A DNA stretch of 25,543 nt from Myxococcota bacterium (GTDB taxonomy: Bacteria > Myxococcota > XYA12-FULL-58-9 > JABJBS01). Position numbers and translations under genes: made by a program. Shown piece after piece: positions 18,038-25,543 of the stretch; the first letter of the stretch is position 1; the number at the start of each line of letters is the position of its first letter. The notes under the pieces are model-generated. The model was not told where the DNA came from and searched no databases. It worked only from the letters and a program-made list of their open reading frames with translations. The stretch spans positions 1 through 25,543 of the forward strand of contig JAYZAY010000046.1 of the NCBI GenBank assembly GCA_036339465.1, read 5' to 3'.

Positions 18038-19001
18038 TTCTTTTTATGTCGCTCATCTTTTGCTTATCCATGCATCGGAGCGATTCCCTAAGGATGAAAG
18101 CAGGGCGACCCTGTTTTAATTCGAGTATTTTCCCTATGTATAGTCCCAGACCGCCGGCCGCAAGAAACCCTCCGGCAAGTAATAGATGGATTAAGAGCGA
18201 CGAAAAGATGCTGGCTTCATCGACTTTTCCGAGCCAATAGAGTGAGTATGTGATGATTGCGCTGGCTATGGCCGTGGTGCAAAGTGGGAACCCAAGTTGC
18301 AGTGGCGCCTGGGTGAAACCAACCATCCCAGTTATTCCTAATGTAAGAACTTTCCAAGGCGTATGCTTGGTTGTGCCCGAATGACGGCTAGGCCGTTTGT
18401 AAGGCAGAGGGGTCGAAGGATAGCCGAGCCAAGCGATAAGTCCTCGTGTGTATCTTGGGAATTCCGGGAGTGAGAGGAGTGAGTCAACGACTTTTCGATC
18501 GAGGAGCATGAAGTCACCGACGTCGACGAATAAGGGGACCTTCGATAGGCGACTGAGGAATCGATAAAAGAGTTGGGCGGTTATGCGCTTTAGGAATGAG
18601 TCAAGGGAACGGTCTGTTCGCCGGCCAAGCACCACGTCGTAGCCCTTTGACCACTGCGAGAGAAAGTTAGGAATGAGATGGGGTGGGTCTTGGAGATCGG
18701 CATCCATGGGAATGACCACGTCGCCCGAGGAGGCCTGAAAACCAGCCAATAAAGCGGCTTCCTTACCAAAATTTCGTGTGAACCGAATGAGGCGTAGGGT
18801 GGGGGTTTTCTGAGCCCATGCCTCCAGCTTCTGATAGGTCTGGTCTGTGCTGCCGTCATCGATGCAGATAATCTCAAAGCTTTGGCAGTCGGAGGCCCTT
18901 AAAATGGGTAGAAGAACGTTAAATAAGCCCTCGAGTAATTGTTCCTCGTTCAGCATGGGAATGACGATTGAGATTTTTGGATGGGGGCGACGGGGTCTCA
19001 C
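18006..19001 (-). CDS. GT2 polyprenol-phosphate glycosyltransferase (GtrB/ArnC-like)
   Basis: ISIVIPMLNEE, IDDGSTDQT, RNFGKEAAL.AG, MDADLQDPP and GDF.LLDRKVV motifs, with two C-terminal TM helices. Confidence 0.92.
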   Translation of the reverse strand: MRPRRPHPKISIVIPMLNEEQLLEGLFNVLLPILRASDCQSFEIICIDDGSTDQTYQKLEAWAQKTPTLRLIRFTRNFGKEAALLAGFQASSGDVVIPMDADLQDPPHLIPNFLSQWSKGYDVVLGRRTDRSLDSFLKRITAQLFYRFLSRLSKVPLFVDVGDFMLLDRKVVDSLLSLPEFPRYTRGLIAWLGYPSTPLPYKRPSRHSGTTKHTPWKVLTLGITGMVGFTQAPLQLGFPLCTTAIASAIITYSLYWLGKVDEASIFSSLLIHLLLAGGFLAAGGLGLYIGKILELKQGRPAFILRESLRCMDKQKMSDIKRNDDKGQYSRG

Positions 19002-19092
19002 TTATTGTACCTTGGGTGGTGTTTTGCCCCCGCAAAAATCAATGAAATGTCTAGAAGTCAAGGGTTGTCTGGGTTTGCCTAAGTGTCAGGTA

Positions 19093-19875
19093 CTAGAGTC
19101 GTCTGGCAACCTCCACCCCAGGTACGGCGGGGGCTTTAAATTCGAAATAGTATTGAATGGGCGTTGTGCTTTGCCCGCATTGAAGGGTGACTGATTCTAG
19201 AACTTGCTCTTGGACTAGATGCGCTTCTCTTTTGAGCGCACCGACTCGATTGGGGCAAGGTGAGACCAATTCGATGAAATAAGAGACTTCTGCATGATCG
19301 TGCACCGGGATGGGATCTTGACTGGTACGACCATATTGGGAAGCTTTTTGTGACCAAGTAGCCGACATCACCGCTCGGGCCAAAGACAATCTGCGTCTTA
19401 AATCGAACTGATTGATGAACTCTTGTGTGCCGTTCTGTCCGACACTGTAGGCGTCTCGCTCATCTAAAAGATCTTCTGATAGAACCACAAAGGATGCTAG
19501 GGCATCAATACTGCTTCCCTCATGCCCCTGGGCTTTTTCGGCGAGGTGAATGTACCAATAGGCGACAGCGCGTCCTGCATCGCTTAAATAATCTGTGTTG
19601 ACTGCGGCCTGGAAGGCTTCTGCTGCGGAGGCAGAGTCACCGGAACGGAGGTAGAAAAGTGCGATTTCGAGCAACTCTGCTGCTGGGATGTTGTCGTAAC
19701 TACTGGATACAGAGGGGCTTGCTTGGTGTGTTAGGGAGGGGCGCATTGGTTGAGGGGCGACGGCTGCGACTCCAATATCCGGAGAGTGGGGCATCGTACA
19801 CGCGCAGAGTCCTAGAATAAGGCAAAATGAAAAGTTATTAGATGCTGGTCGTCGTATTTGTTGTTTGCTTCGCAT
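19093..19875 (-). CDS. Hypothetical lipoprotein with TPR-like helices
   Basis: GGAGG RBS upstream, LCAC lipobox and the helical repeat-like A..YLRSGD..SAAEAF.AA segment. Confidence 0.72.
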   Translation of the reverse strand: MRSKQQIRRPASNNFSFCLILGLCACTMPHSPDIGVAAVAPQPMRPSLTHQASPSVSSSYDNIPAAELLEIALFYLRSGDSASAAEAFQAAVNTDYLSDAGRAVAYWYIHLAEKAQGHEGSSIDALASFVVLSEDLLDERDAYSVGQNGTQEFINQFDLRRRLSLARAVMSATWSQKASQYGRTSQDPIPVHDHAEVSYFIELVSPCPNRVGALKREAHLVQEQVLESVTLQCGQSTTPIQYYFEFKAPAVPGVEVARRL

Positions 19876-20374
19876 CTATGGGTCCTCCAATGAATTAATC
19901 CTCTCTTTAAATTGTAGGTGGTGGAGACCAATTTTGCACGCGAAACTTCGATAAAAATGACTCAAAGTAGGACGCGGTATGGGTGTGTCGAATCGAGTCT
20001 GCGGGCGTAGGTGTAAGTGGTTGCGCTTCGTAAGTGTTTGTTAATGCTGACGATTTGTTCGCTTTCTGTTCGCGGGTGTTTTCCGCGGTGTTGTGTCTTG
20101 AGTAATTGGTTAATTGATTTATTGTGTTTCCTATTGTGCGAAACTAGGCATGGCGCATTTTGTGGTTGTTTGTAGGGGGATGGCGTTGACTGTAGGTGAG
20201 GCGGTGACGATGGTTCCTTTTTTGGGAATCTGGCTTATGGGTTTTCTGCGTGTGATTCCGAGGTTTGTTTTAGGTCTTAGGTCGGGGCACCTCTTTACTC
20301 GTTGGGCTTTTGTTGTTGTCTTCGACCTCAATGGTGGCTTTGATTCTCTATCTCGATATCCAATAACTGTATCC

Positions 20375-20761
20375 ATGAATGAGACAAGTTATCTTCTATT
20401 TGTTTTCTCTCTCATGTCCATGGGCTGGGCAACAAAGATAGGGCTGTTTGTTACTCGCCCCAAAGCAAGAAAGGAAAGAGGGGCAAAATGCAAAAGAAAG
20501 AAAAGAAGGACCAGCCATCACTCCTGCCAGAGACACTTCTCAGGCCAAAGATGTCGCCTGAGTACTTCCCCCATTTTTCGGCATCAGATGGATATGGACC
20601 ACGCCCTTTTAAAAACGCGACGAGAAGCGCAAGGCTTTATGCCCTATGGCCAAAACTTCCTCCAGGAGGTGTTTCAATCTTTGGCGCCGCTGGTTGAAGC
20701 GGTAAGGAATGCAAAATTTAAAGAAGTCGGGTATCCTCGAAAAAAACGAGCTTCTCCCTAG
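20375..20761 (+). CDS. Possible small basic membrane-anchored hypothetical protein
   Basis: The open frame from ATG 20375 gives one hydrophobic segment and a Lys/Arg-rich region. No family recognised, and the longer 20114 start is doubtful. Confidence 0.35.
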   Translation: MNETSYLLFVFSLMSMGWATKIGLFVTRPKARKERGAKCKRKKRRTSHHSCQRHFSGQRCRLSTSPIFRHQMDMDHALLKTRREAQGFMPYGQNFLQEVFQSLAPLVEAVRNAKFKEVGYPRKKRASP

Positions 20762-21080
20762 AAAAACACCTCCCATATTCCGAGTGCTATTAAAAGGGAA
20801 GTAGCTTTGAACGACTATTTTCAGTGTTGCTTTGTGGGAAAATATGGTCGGCGGTGTGGGGAAAACAGGGCTTGGCCTATCACCACATCCATACCTTTTT
20901 ACCTAGGGCTGTGTGAAATATGCGGGTGTTAAACATTCACCTGAGAATTTTACCTTGCTCTGGGGCCAGCATAATCAGTGGGACGGGCAACAAACCTTTG
21001 GGGGCCAATGGATTTGGAGAATTTTTTGGGGGATGGGGAGGTAGTGGCTTACGGATATCCATTGACCGTTTTGGTTTTTT

Positions 21081-21293
21081 TCACGCACCGTCGTCAAGTC
21101 GAAATCCCACTTTGATGGTGACTTGGAAGGTTGGGTTGCCGGCTTCCAAATTGCCGCGAATTTCAGTCACCTCAAACCACCGCAAATTGTGAACCGAGGT
21201 GGATGCCTTGGAGCAGGCGTTCTTAATGGCTTCTTCGATGGATTCGGTTGAAGAACCCACCAATTCGATTTTCTTATAGGTTCTTTCTGGCAT
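21081..21293 (-). CDS. Dodecin (flavin-binding)
   Basis: TYKKIELVGSS..SIEEAI.NA...A...LRWFEV.EIRG...FQVT.KVGFRL. ATG 21293 with an AGGAG RBS gives 70 aa. Confidence 0.94.
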   Translation of the reverse strand: MPERTYKKIELVGSSTESIEEAIKNACSKASTSVHNLRWFEVTEIRGNLEAGNPTFQVTIKVGFRLDDGA

Positions 21294-21591
21294 CAATGAC
21301 TCCTTTGACTTTTTAATGGAGAGTTTCCTCATGCAGCCGAAAGCCCCAAGTTGATGACTGTCTTCTTGGAGCCACGACCCTCCTCCAAACATTATCCTAT
21401 GGTCCAAGGGGGGACGCAAATGAGGCTAGGAAAGGCATCCGGTAATGGAACTGGTGTGGCTCTGAAGCCTAGAAAATCGGCGAATGCGGATGTTTTTTGT
21501 GGCGAGTGAGCGGGCGGGCGAGAATGGCTTGGGTCTAGAAGGTGCCCTGGGGGCTTGGTGCATTGCCGAAAGGGTCTACCGACACTTTGTT

Positions 21592-22002
21592 TTAAGGCGT
21601 TCCTTCAATTTCGTTCATGATTTCGAAGACCTTTTGAATCATATCGGAGGGCTCAAAGGGTTTGAGGAAGACGAAGTCGGCTCCGAATTGAGAGGCGGAT
21701 TCCAGCATTTCCTCTCCCGCAATAAGCGTTCCGTCTGGACGGGGCGCGCCGCCGGACATCGCGATTATTTTCACATGGGGACTCACTCGTCGAATATGCC
21801 AAATGGTCTTGTATCCTTGCTGGGCCGGCATGACGAGATCGGTGATGACCAAATTTGGCTCAACATCGCGAAAGAGCGTCACTCCTTTCAATCCATCGCA
21901 GGCCTCGTAAACTGTGATGCCCGCGCCCCTGAGGAGGAGGGCCAATGGCTCGCGGATGCCTGGATCATCGTCTATAAGCAAGACCGTCTTTTTCTTTGCC
22001 AC
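21592..22002 (-). CDS. Stand-alone response regulator receiver domain
   Basis: VLLIDDD, LVITDLVMP (phosphoacceptor D), IIAMSGG and FLKPF motifs. GTG start at 22002 with a GGAGG RBS. Confidence 0.92.
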   Translation of the reverse strand: MAKKKTVLLIDDDPGIREPLALLLRGAGITVYEACDGLKGVTLFRDVEPNLVITDLVMPAQQGYKTIWHIRRVSPHVKIIAMSGGAPRPDGTLIAGEEMLESASQFGADFVFLKPFEPSDMIQKVFEIMNEIEGTP

Positions 22003-22738
22003 TGGTTTAACCTCCCGCAAATTTCATGCGCGGTTTTGTGATTTGCACGACTTGGGATGTGAAGGATGACGATTGAAGTATGTTAACAGAGGGGGGATTT
22101 TGTAGGTCATTTCATCACCATTGAGTTGATTTTCCCGAGGGCTTTCCTTCCCAAACGCTACAAACTATTTTTATCAAGAACCATACTAAATCTCAAGTTC
22201 AGTCTAAGTGAGTTTGCCTTGCTCTATAAGAACACAGAAGTGGGCTAGGGTATCGTGATGAGGGTGGTGGGGAGATAAATCCAGTTATAAGGCATTAGAA
22301 TGATGGATACATTTAGTGAGTGACTAAAAATTCATGGGCGTTGTTTCCGAGACACTGTGGAGCGCAGGGAAGGAAATAGGAAGTTCGGTTTTGGATCGGG
22401 TCGCATTTTGTAAGACAATTCCCCTGAAATTCCCCGCCATCGCATTGCACATTTTCGCGGCAAAATCTTGTCGCCTCAGAGGTGTGGGGTGGGCATCTGG
22501 GAACAAGCGGTTTGCGGGGCCGTGAAAAAAATGAACGAATTCCCATTGTTCAAGGTAGCACCCGCTCCATGGGAACCGGAAAATTAAATCGGGCTATCTT
22601 CGGATTTTAGGGCGGGCTGACTGGAGCGAACAAAACCTGGTTTGGCTTCGGTGCTGGGTAAGAAAGAAGCTCTAAGGGCCCAAAGGAGGGTAAAAAGCCA
22701 AAGCATCTAGAATCAGAATCGATCTTTCGGTCTTCAAT

Positions 22739-23848
22739 CTATCCCAATTTCCCGGCAACTTCCCCCGCGATGGCCAATGCCGCCGTGAGTCCGGGGCTCT
22801 CAATGCCTAAACAATGCACCACCCCTGATATTTTATGATGCTCTGGCGAAAGTATCTTAAAATCCGCTGCCGGCTCCCCCTGCCCGACGAGCTTGGGGCG
22901 GATGCCTGTGTAGTCGGGGTTGATGTTGCGGTTTAGGACAGCAGGCCAATAGGTACTTATTTTTTGGATGAATGTATCTTTCCTACTTTCATCGAAGGAA
23001 TAGTCGATTTTGTCAGTCCATTGGACATCGGGGCCAAACCGAGCGGCACCGCCGAGGTCGAGGGTGAGATGTACGCCGAGGCCGCCTGTTTCGGGAATGG
23101 GGTAAATGAGTCGGTTGAAGTTGTGGGCCCCTGAGAGGCTAAAGTAATGGCCTTTGGCAAAATAGGAATTCATGGGAGTCCAGTGGGCGTCGTTTTCATG
23201 GATGAGGTTGGCGAGTTTTGTGGCGTGAAGGCCTGCGGCGTTGATGAGTGTGCGGCACTGCACGGTGTAGGGAGTGTCTGATTGGATGTGGACGATATGC
23301 TCCTCGCTAGAGCGTTTGTAGGTTTGGACGGCGGCGTTTTTCACCAGCATGCCTCCGTGGTGGAGGAAATCAGCTTCGAGGGCTTTGAGGAAGCTGTGGA
23401 CGTCGATGATGCCTGTTTGGTGGGAGAGGATGGCTTCTAGGCCGACAATGTCTGACTCTAGGGCGCGAATTTTCCGTGGGCCGATAAGTTCGAGTCCTTC
23501 GACGTCGTTGACGAGGCCCTGCTTGTGGATGCGGTGGAGTTTTTCTTGTTGTGTGGGGGTGGTGGCCACGATGATTTTACCGATTTTTTGGTGGGGGATG
23601 TCTTTTTCTTGGCAGTAGTCATAGAGGAGGCGCCGCCCTTGGACGCACAATTTGGCCTTAAGTGAGTTTGTTGGGTAGTAGATGCCGGCGTGGATGACGC
23701 CTGAGTTTCGGCTCGTGGTTTCTTGGCCCAGGAAGGGATGTTGTTCCACTAGGGCGACTTCTTGGCCCCTTAGGGCCAGTTCTCGGGCGATGGCGAGGCC
23801 GATGACACCTCCCCCGACGACGAGGGTATGGATGCTTGCGTTTTCCAC
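22739..23848 (-). CDS. FAD-dependent oxidoreductase, L-2-hydroxyglutarate oxidase (LhgO)-like
   Basis: VVGGGVIG, ETTSRNSGVIHAGIYY, INAAGL.A, KGHYF, LIYPIP..GLGVHLT.D, GIRPKL and GIESPGLT motifs. Confidence 0.92.
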   Translation of the reverse strand: MENASIHTLVVGGGVIGLAIARELALRGQEVALVEQHPFLGQETTSRNSGVIHAGIYYPTNSLKAKLCVQGRRLLYDYCQEKDIPHQKIGKIIVATTPTQQEKLHRIHKQGLVNDVEGLELIGPRKIRALESDIVGLEAILSHQTGIIDVHSFLKALEADFLHHGGMLVKNAAVQTYKRSSEEHIVHIQSDTPYTVQCRTLINAAGLHATKLANLIHENDAHWTPMNSYFAKGHYFSLSGAHNFNRLIYPIPETGGLGVHLTLDLGGAARFGPDVQWTDKIDYSFDESRKDTFIQKISTYWPAVLNRNINPDYTGIRPKLVGQGEPAADFKILSPEHHKISGVVHCLGIESPGLTAALAIAGEVAGKLG

Positions 23849-23941
23849 TTAGCCAGCACCTTAGGGGAAAGGCTTTTGGAAGTCGAGGATGGGTGTGTAG
23901 GGCGGGGATAAGGTAGTTTGATGGCCTGAGACATCAAATAA

Positions 23942-24426
23942 GCAGCGCCAGGGCTTGGTGAATTCAACTCTCCCAAAAAGAAAGCCAATACGTATCTGGC
24001 GGCGGGCTAAGCCTTTTGGGCTGCCGCAGCCGATGATTCAAAGTGAAAGAGCAGGAACACTTCATCCAAAGGATGCCTTCATTAGGGAGAAGGCATGCTT
24101 CTAGAGCTCTCCCCGAATCCATAAGATAGGTCAGAGCCGAGCTTTTGGCTGTGAGCTTCGAATGAAGTGTTCAACTCTCCCAAAAAGAAAGCCAATCGGC
24201 ATCGGCTAGCCCAAAAGGCTAAGGCCGGTTGCCAGGTAAGCGCAGCGCCAGGGCTTGGTGAATTCAACTCTCCCCAAAGAAAGCCAATCGGCATCGGCGA
24301 CCTCCAAGGCTTAAGTCCGGTTGCCAGGTAAGCGCAGCGCCAGGGCTTGGTGAATTCAACTCTCCCAAAAAGAAAGCCAATACATATCTGGCGGCGGGCT
24401 AAGCCTTTTGGGCTGCCGCAGCCGAT
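23942..24426. repeat. Mosaic (BIME-like) repeat array: conserved 48-nt linker alternating with ~45-nt imperfect palindromes in both orientations
   Basis: Core TTCAACTCTCCCAAAAAGAAAGCCAAT at 23963, 24170, 24263 (variant) and 24355. 23942-24034 and 24334-24426 are identical at 92 of 93 nt. Confidence 0.9.
24055..24172. other. Structured ~118-nt element with terminal inverted repeats (candidate ncRNA or MITE)
   Basis: GAACACTTCAT (24055-24065) and ATGAAGTGTTC (24162-24172) form a perfect IR. There is an internal hairpin ATGCCTTC/GAAGGCAT (24073-24096). Confidence 0.55.
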
Positions 24427-24564
24427 TACGATGGCCATAACGATGATAATGGGTTGATGATGACACGGGAGAATGTTTTAAAATGCGAAATAATGCCCGG
24501 TATTTTTATTGTTTTATTTTGGGAATAGTGCTAAGGCGTTCGTCTTGACATCAAGGATTCGAGC

Positions 24565-25543
24565 ATGGAAATAACACCGCCACACAAACCAATTTTAGAG
24601 AAACCAATCACAGAAAAGGTCACAAGCAAGCAATTGATGAATCAATGCGTCCAGCAGCTCCAGCTCAACAGAAAAGGGGAGGCGCGGTTTATCGCGCTCT
24701 TAAATGAGATAGACCATCGTCGCCTATTTGCTGAAGAAGGTTACTCCTCTATGTTTAAATTCTGTGTGGGGCATCTTCATCTCTCCGAGGCCGCAACCTA
24801 TAAACGGATCGGGGCAGGTCGCGTTATTCGGCAATATCCCATAGCCTTAGAGATGCTTGAAGAGGGCGAGATTCACCTAACCGCCATCAACATTATCCGC
24901 CCTTGTCTCACATCCGAAAATCACCTTAAGGTTTTGCGCCTTTGCAAACATAAAACGAGAGTAGAGGTGGAGTTACTCGCAGCACAACTCTCCTCAGAGC
25001 GATCAGCCCGTAAAAAAAAGAAAAAGCCCAAGGCAGAGATTCGAGCCTTGCCCTCTTTTGACTTTGACAATCTTGGCTTTGACAATCCCCAAAGAGAACT
25101 CTCCCCAAAGCCTGCCGACACAAGTGCGCCCGCAAAGCAGAATGAATTTAAGCAGAATGACCGCAAAGAGGATGAACGTGGGGTGTTAAAGCCCTCTCTT
25201 TCGCCCAGGCGATTTCGTCTTTCGGTGGATATAGAGCAATCAATCCAAGAGAAGTTAACGCGCGCCCAAGAGCTTTCGCCCTTTGGGAAGAGTTCGCTTC
25301 AGGATGTGCTTTCAGCCTCCCTTGACCTCCTCATAAAAGAACGCATGAAGATGAAATTTAAGCAGGGATCCTCTCCTCATCGAGCATTATCCTCCACGCA
25401 GACGACAAAAGCGACAGGCCGCCACATTCCAAGCGCTATCAAGCGTGAGGTGGCAGATCGGGACAACTTTCAATGCACCTTTACCTCCAGCTCCGGTCAT
25501 AGATGTAAGGAAAAGCAGGGTTTGGAGTATCATCACCTTCAAG
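24565..25543 (+). CDS. DUF222-like/HNH endonuclease (3' end runs off the window; absent from the ORF track)
   Basis: Manual translation is open from ATG 24565 to the window edge: EIDHRRLFAEEGYSSMFKFCVGHLHLSEAATYKRI...RHIPSAIKREVADRDNFQCTF...GHRC...LEYHHL, the last part being the start of an HNH motif. Confidence 0.88.
   Translation, partial: MEITPPHKPILEKPITEKVTSKQLMNQCVQQLQLNRKGEARFIALLNEIDHRRLFAEEGYSSMFKFCVGHLHLSEAATYKRIGAGRVIRQYPIALEMLEEGEIHLTAINIIRPCLTSENHLKVLRLCKHKTRVEVELLAAQLSSERSARKKKKKPKAEIRALPSFDFDNLGFDNPQRELSPKPADTSAPAKQNEFKQNDRKEDERGVLKPSLSPRRFRLSVDIEQSIQEKLTRAQELSPFGKSSLQDVLSASLDLLIKERMKMKFKQGSSPHRALSSTQTTKATGRHIPSAIKREVADRDNFQCTFTSSSGHRCKEKQGLEYHHLQ

Noticed and set aside
19876..20374. 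GT-skewed intergenic region with possible IHF or sigma54-like motifs
   Set aside because: The matches are partial (sigma54 spacing off by one) and cannot be supported.
21484..22041. 185-aa plus-strand ORF
   Set aside because: It is the antisense shadow of the receiver-domain gene.
22021..22738. Long intergenic region with a GCGGC-N8-GTCGC RegA-like motif and short ORFs
   Set aside because: The motif spacing is non-canonical, the ORFs lack coding signals, and no RNA family was recognised.
23942..24426. CRISPR array interpretation of the repeats
   Set aside because: The would-be spacers are near-copies or reverse complements of each other, the spacing is irregular (207, 93, 92), and there are no cas genes in the window.
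24082..24438. 118-aa minus-strand ORF with internal repeats
   Set aside because: It is a translation of the DNA repeat array, with no RBS or protein family signal.
24545..24550. TTGACA as the -35 box of the HNH gene
   Set aside because: It is only 14 nt from the probable ATG and has no convincing -10 at the right spacing.

Overview
Bacterial chromosomal window; gene content suggests a Myxococcota/'deltaproteobacterial' host (inference). It is dominated by a ~15 kb aerobic respiratory cluster, almost all on the minus strand. The cluster has an Alternative Complex III operon (actA, actB, actC, fused actD-actE, actF, and an actG-like subunit fused to a CcoP-like cytochrome c), a monoheme cytochrome c lipoprotein and an opposite-strand SCO copper chaperone. 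It continues with a diheme c4-like lipoprotein, an unannotated 34-aa membrane peptide, and an A-family heme-copper oxidase (subunits II, I, III, IV, a second III, and a small CxxC protein), followed by sufE and a partial map. The strongest finding is in the oxidase. It keeps every metal ligand, the His-Tyr crosslink pair and the D-channel, but has lost the K proton channel: natural K362M, T359I, S299A and S365I equivalents, plus E101Q in subunit II. It has also gained several membrane-embedded acidic residues in subunits I and II. The right part holds accessory genes (PilZ-like, GT2, lipoproteins, dodecin, stand-alone receiver domain, LhgO-like oxidase). It ends with a BIME-like mosaic repeat array containing a structured ~118-nt insert, directly upstream of a DUF222-like/HNH endonuclease gene that the ORF track misses. 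All alignments were done by eye against recalled reference sequences.
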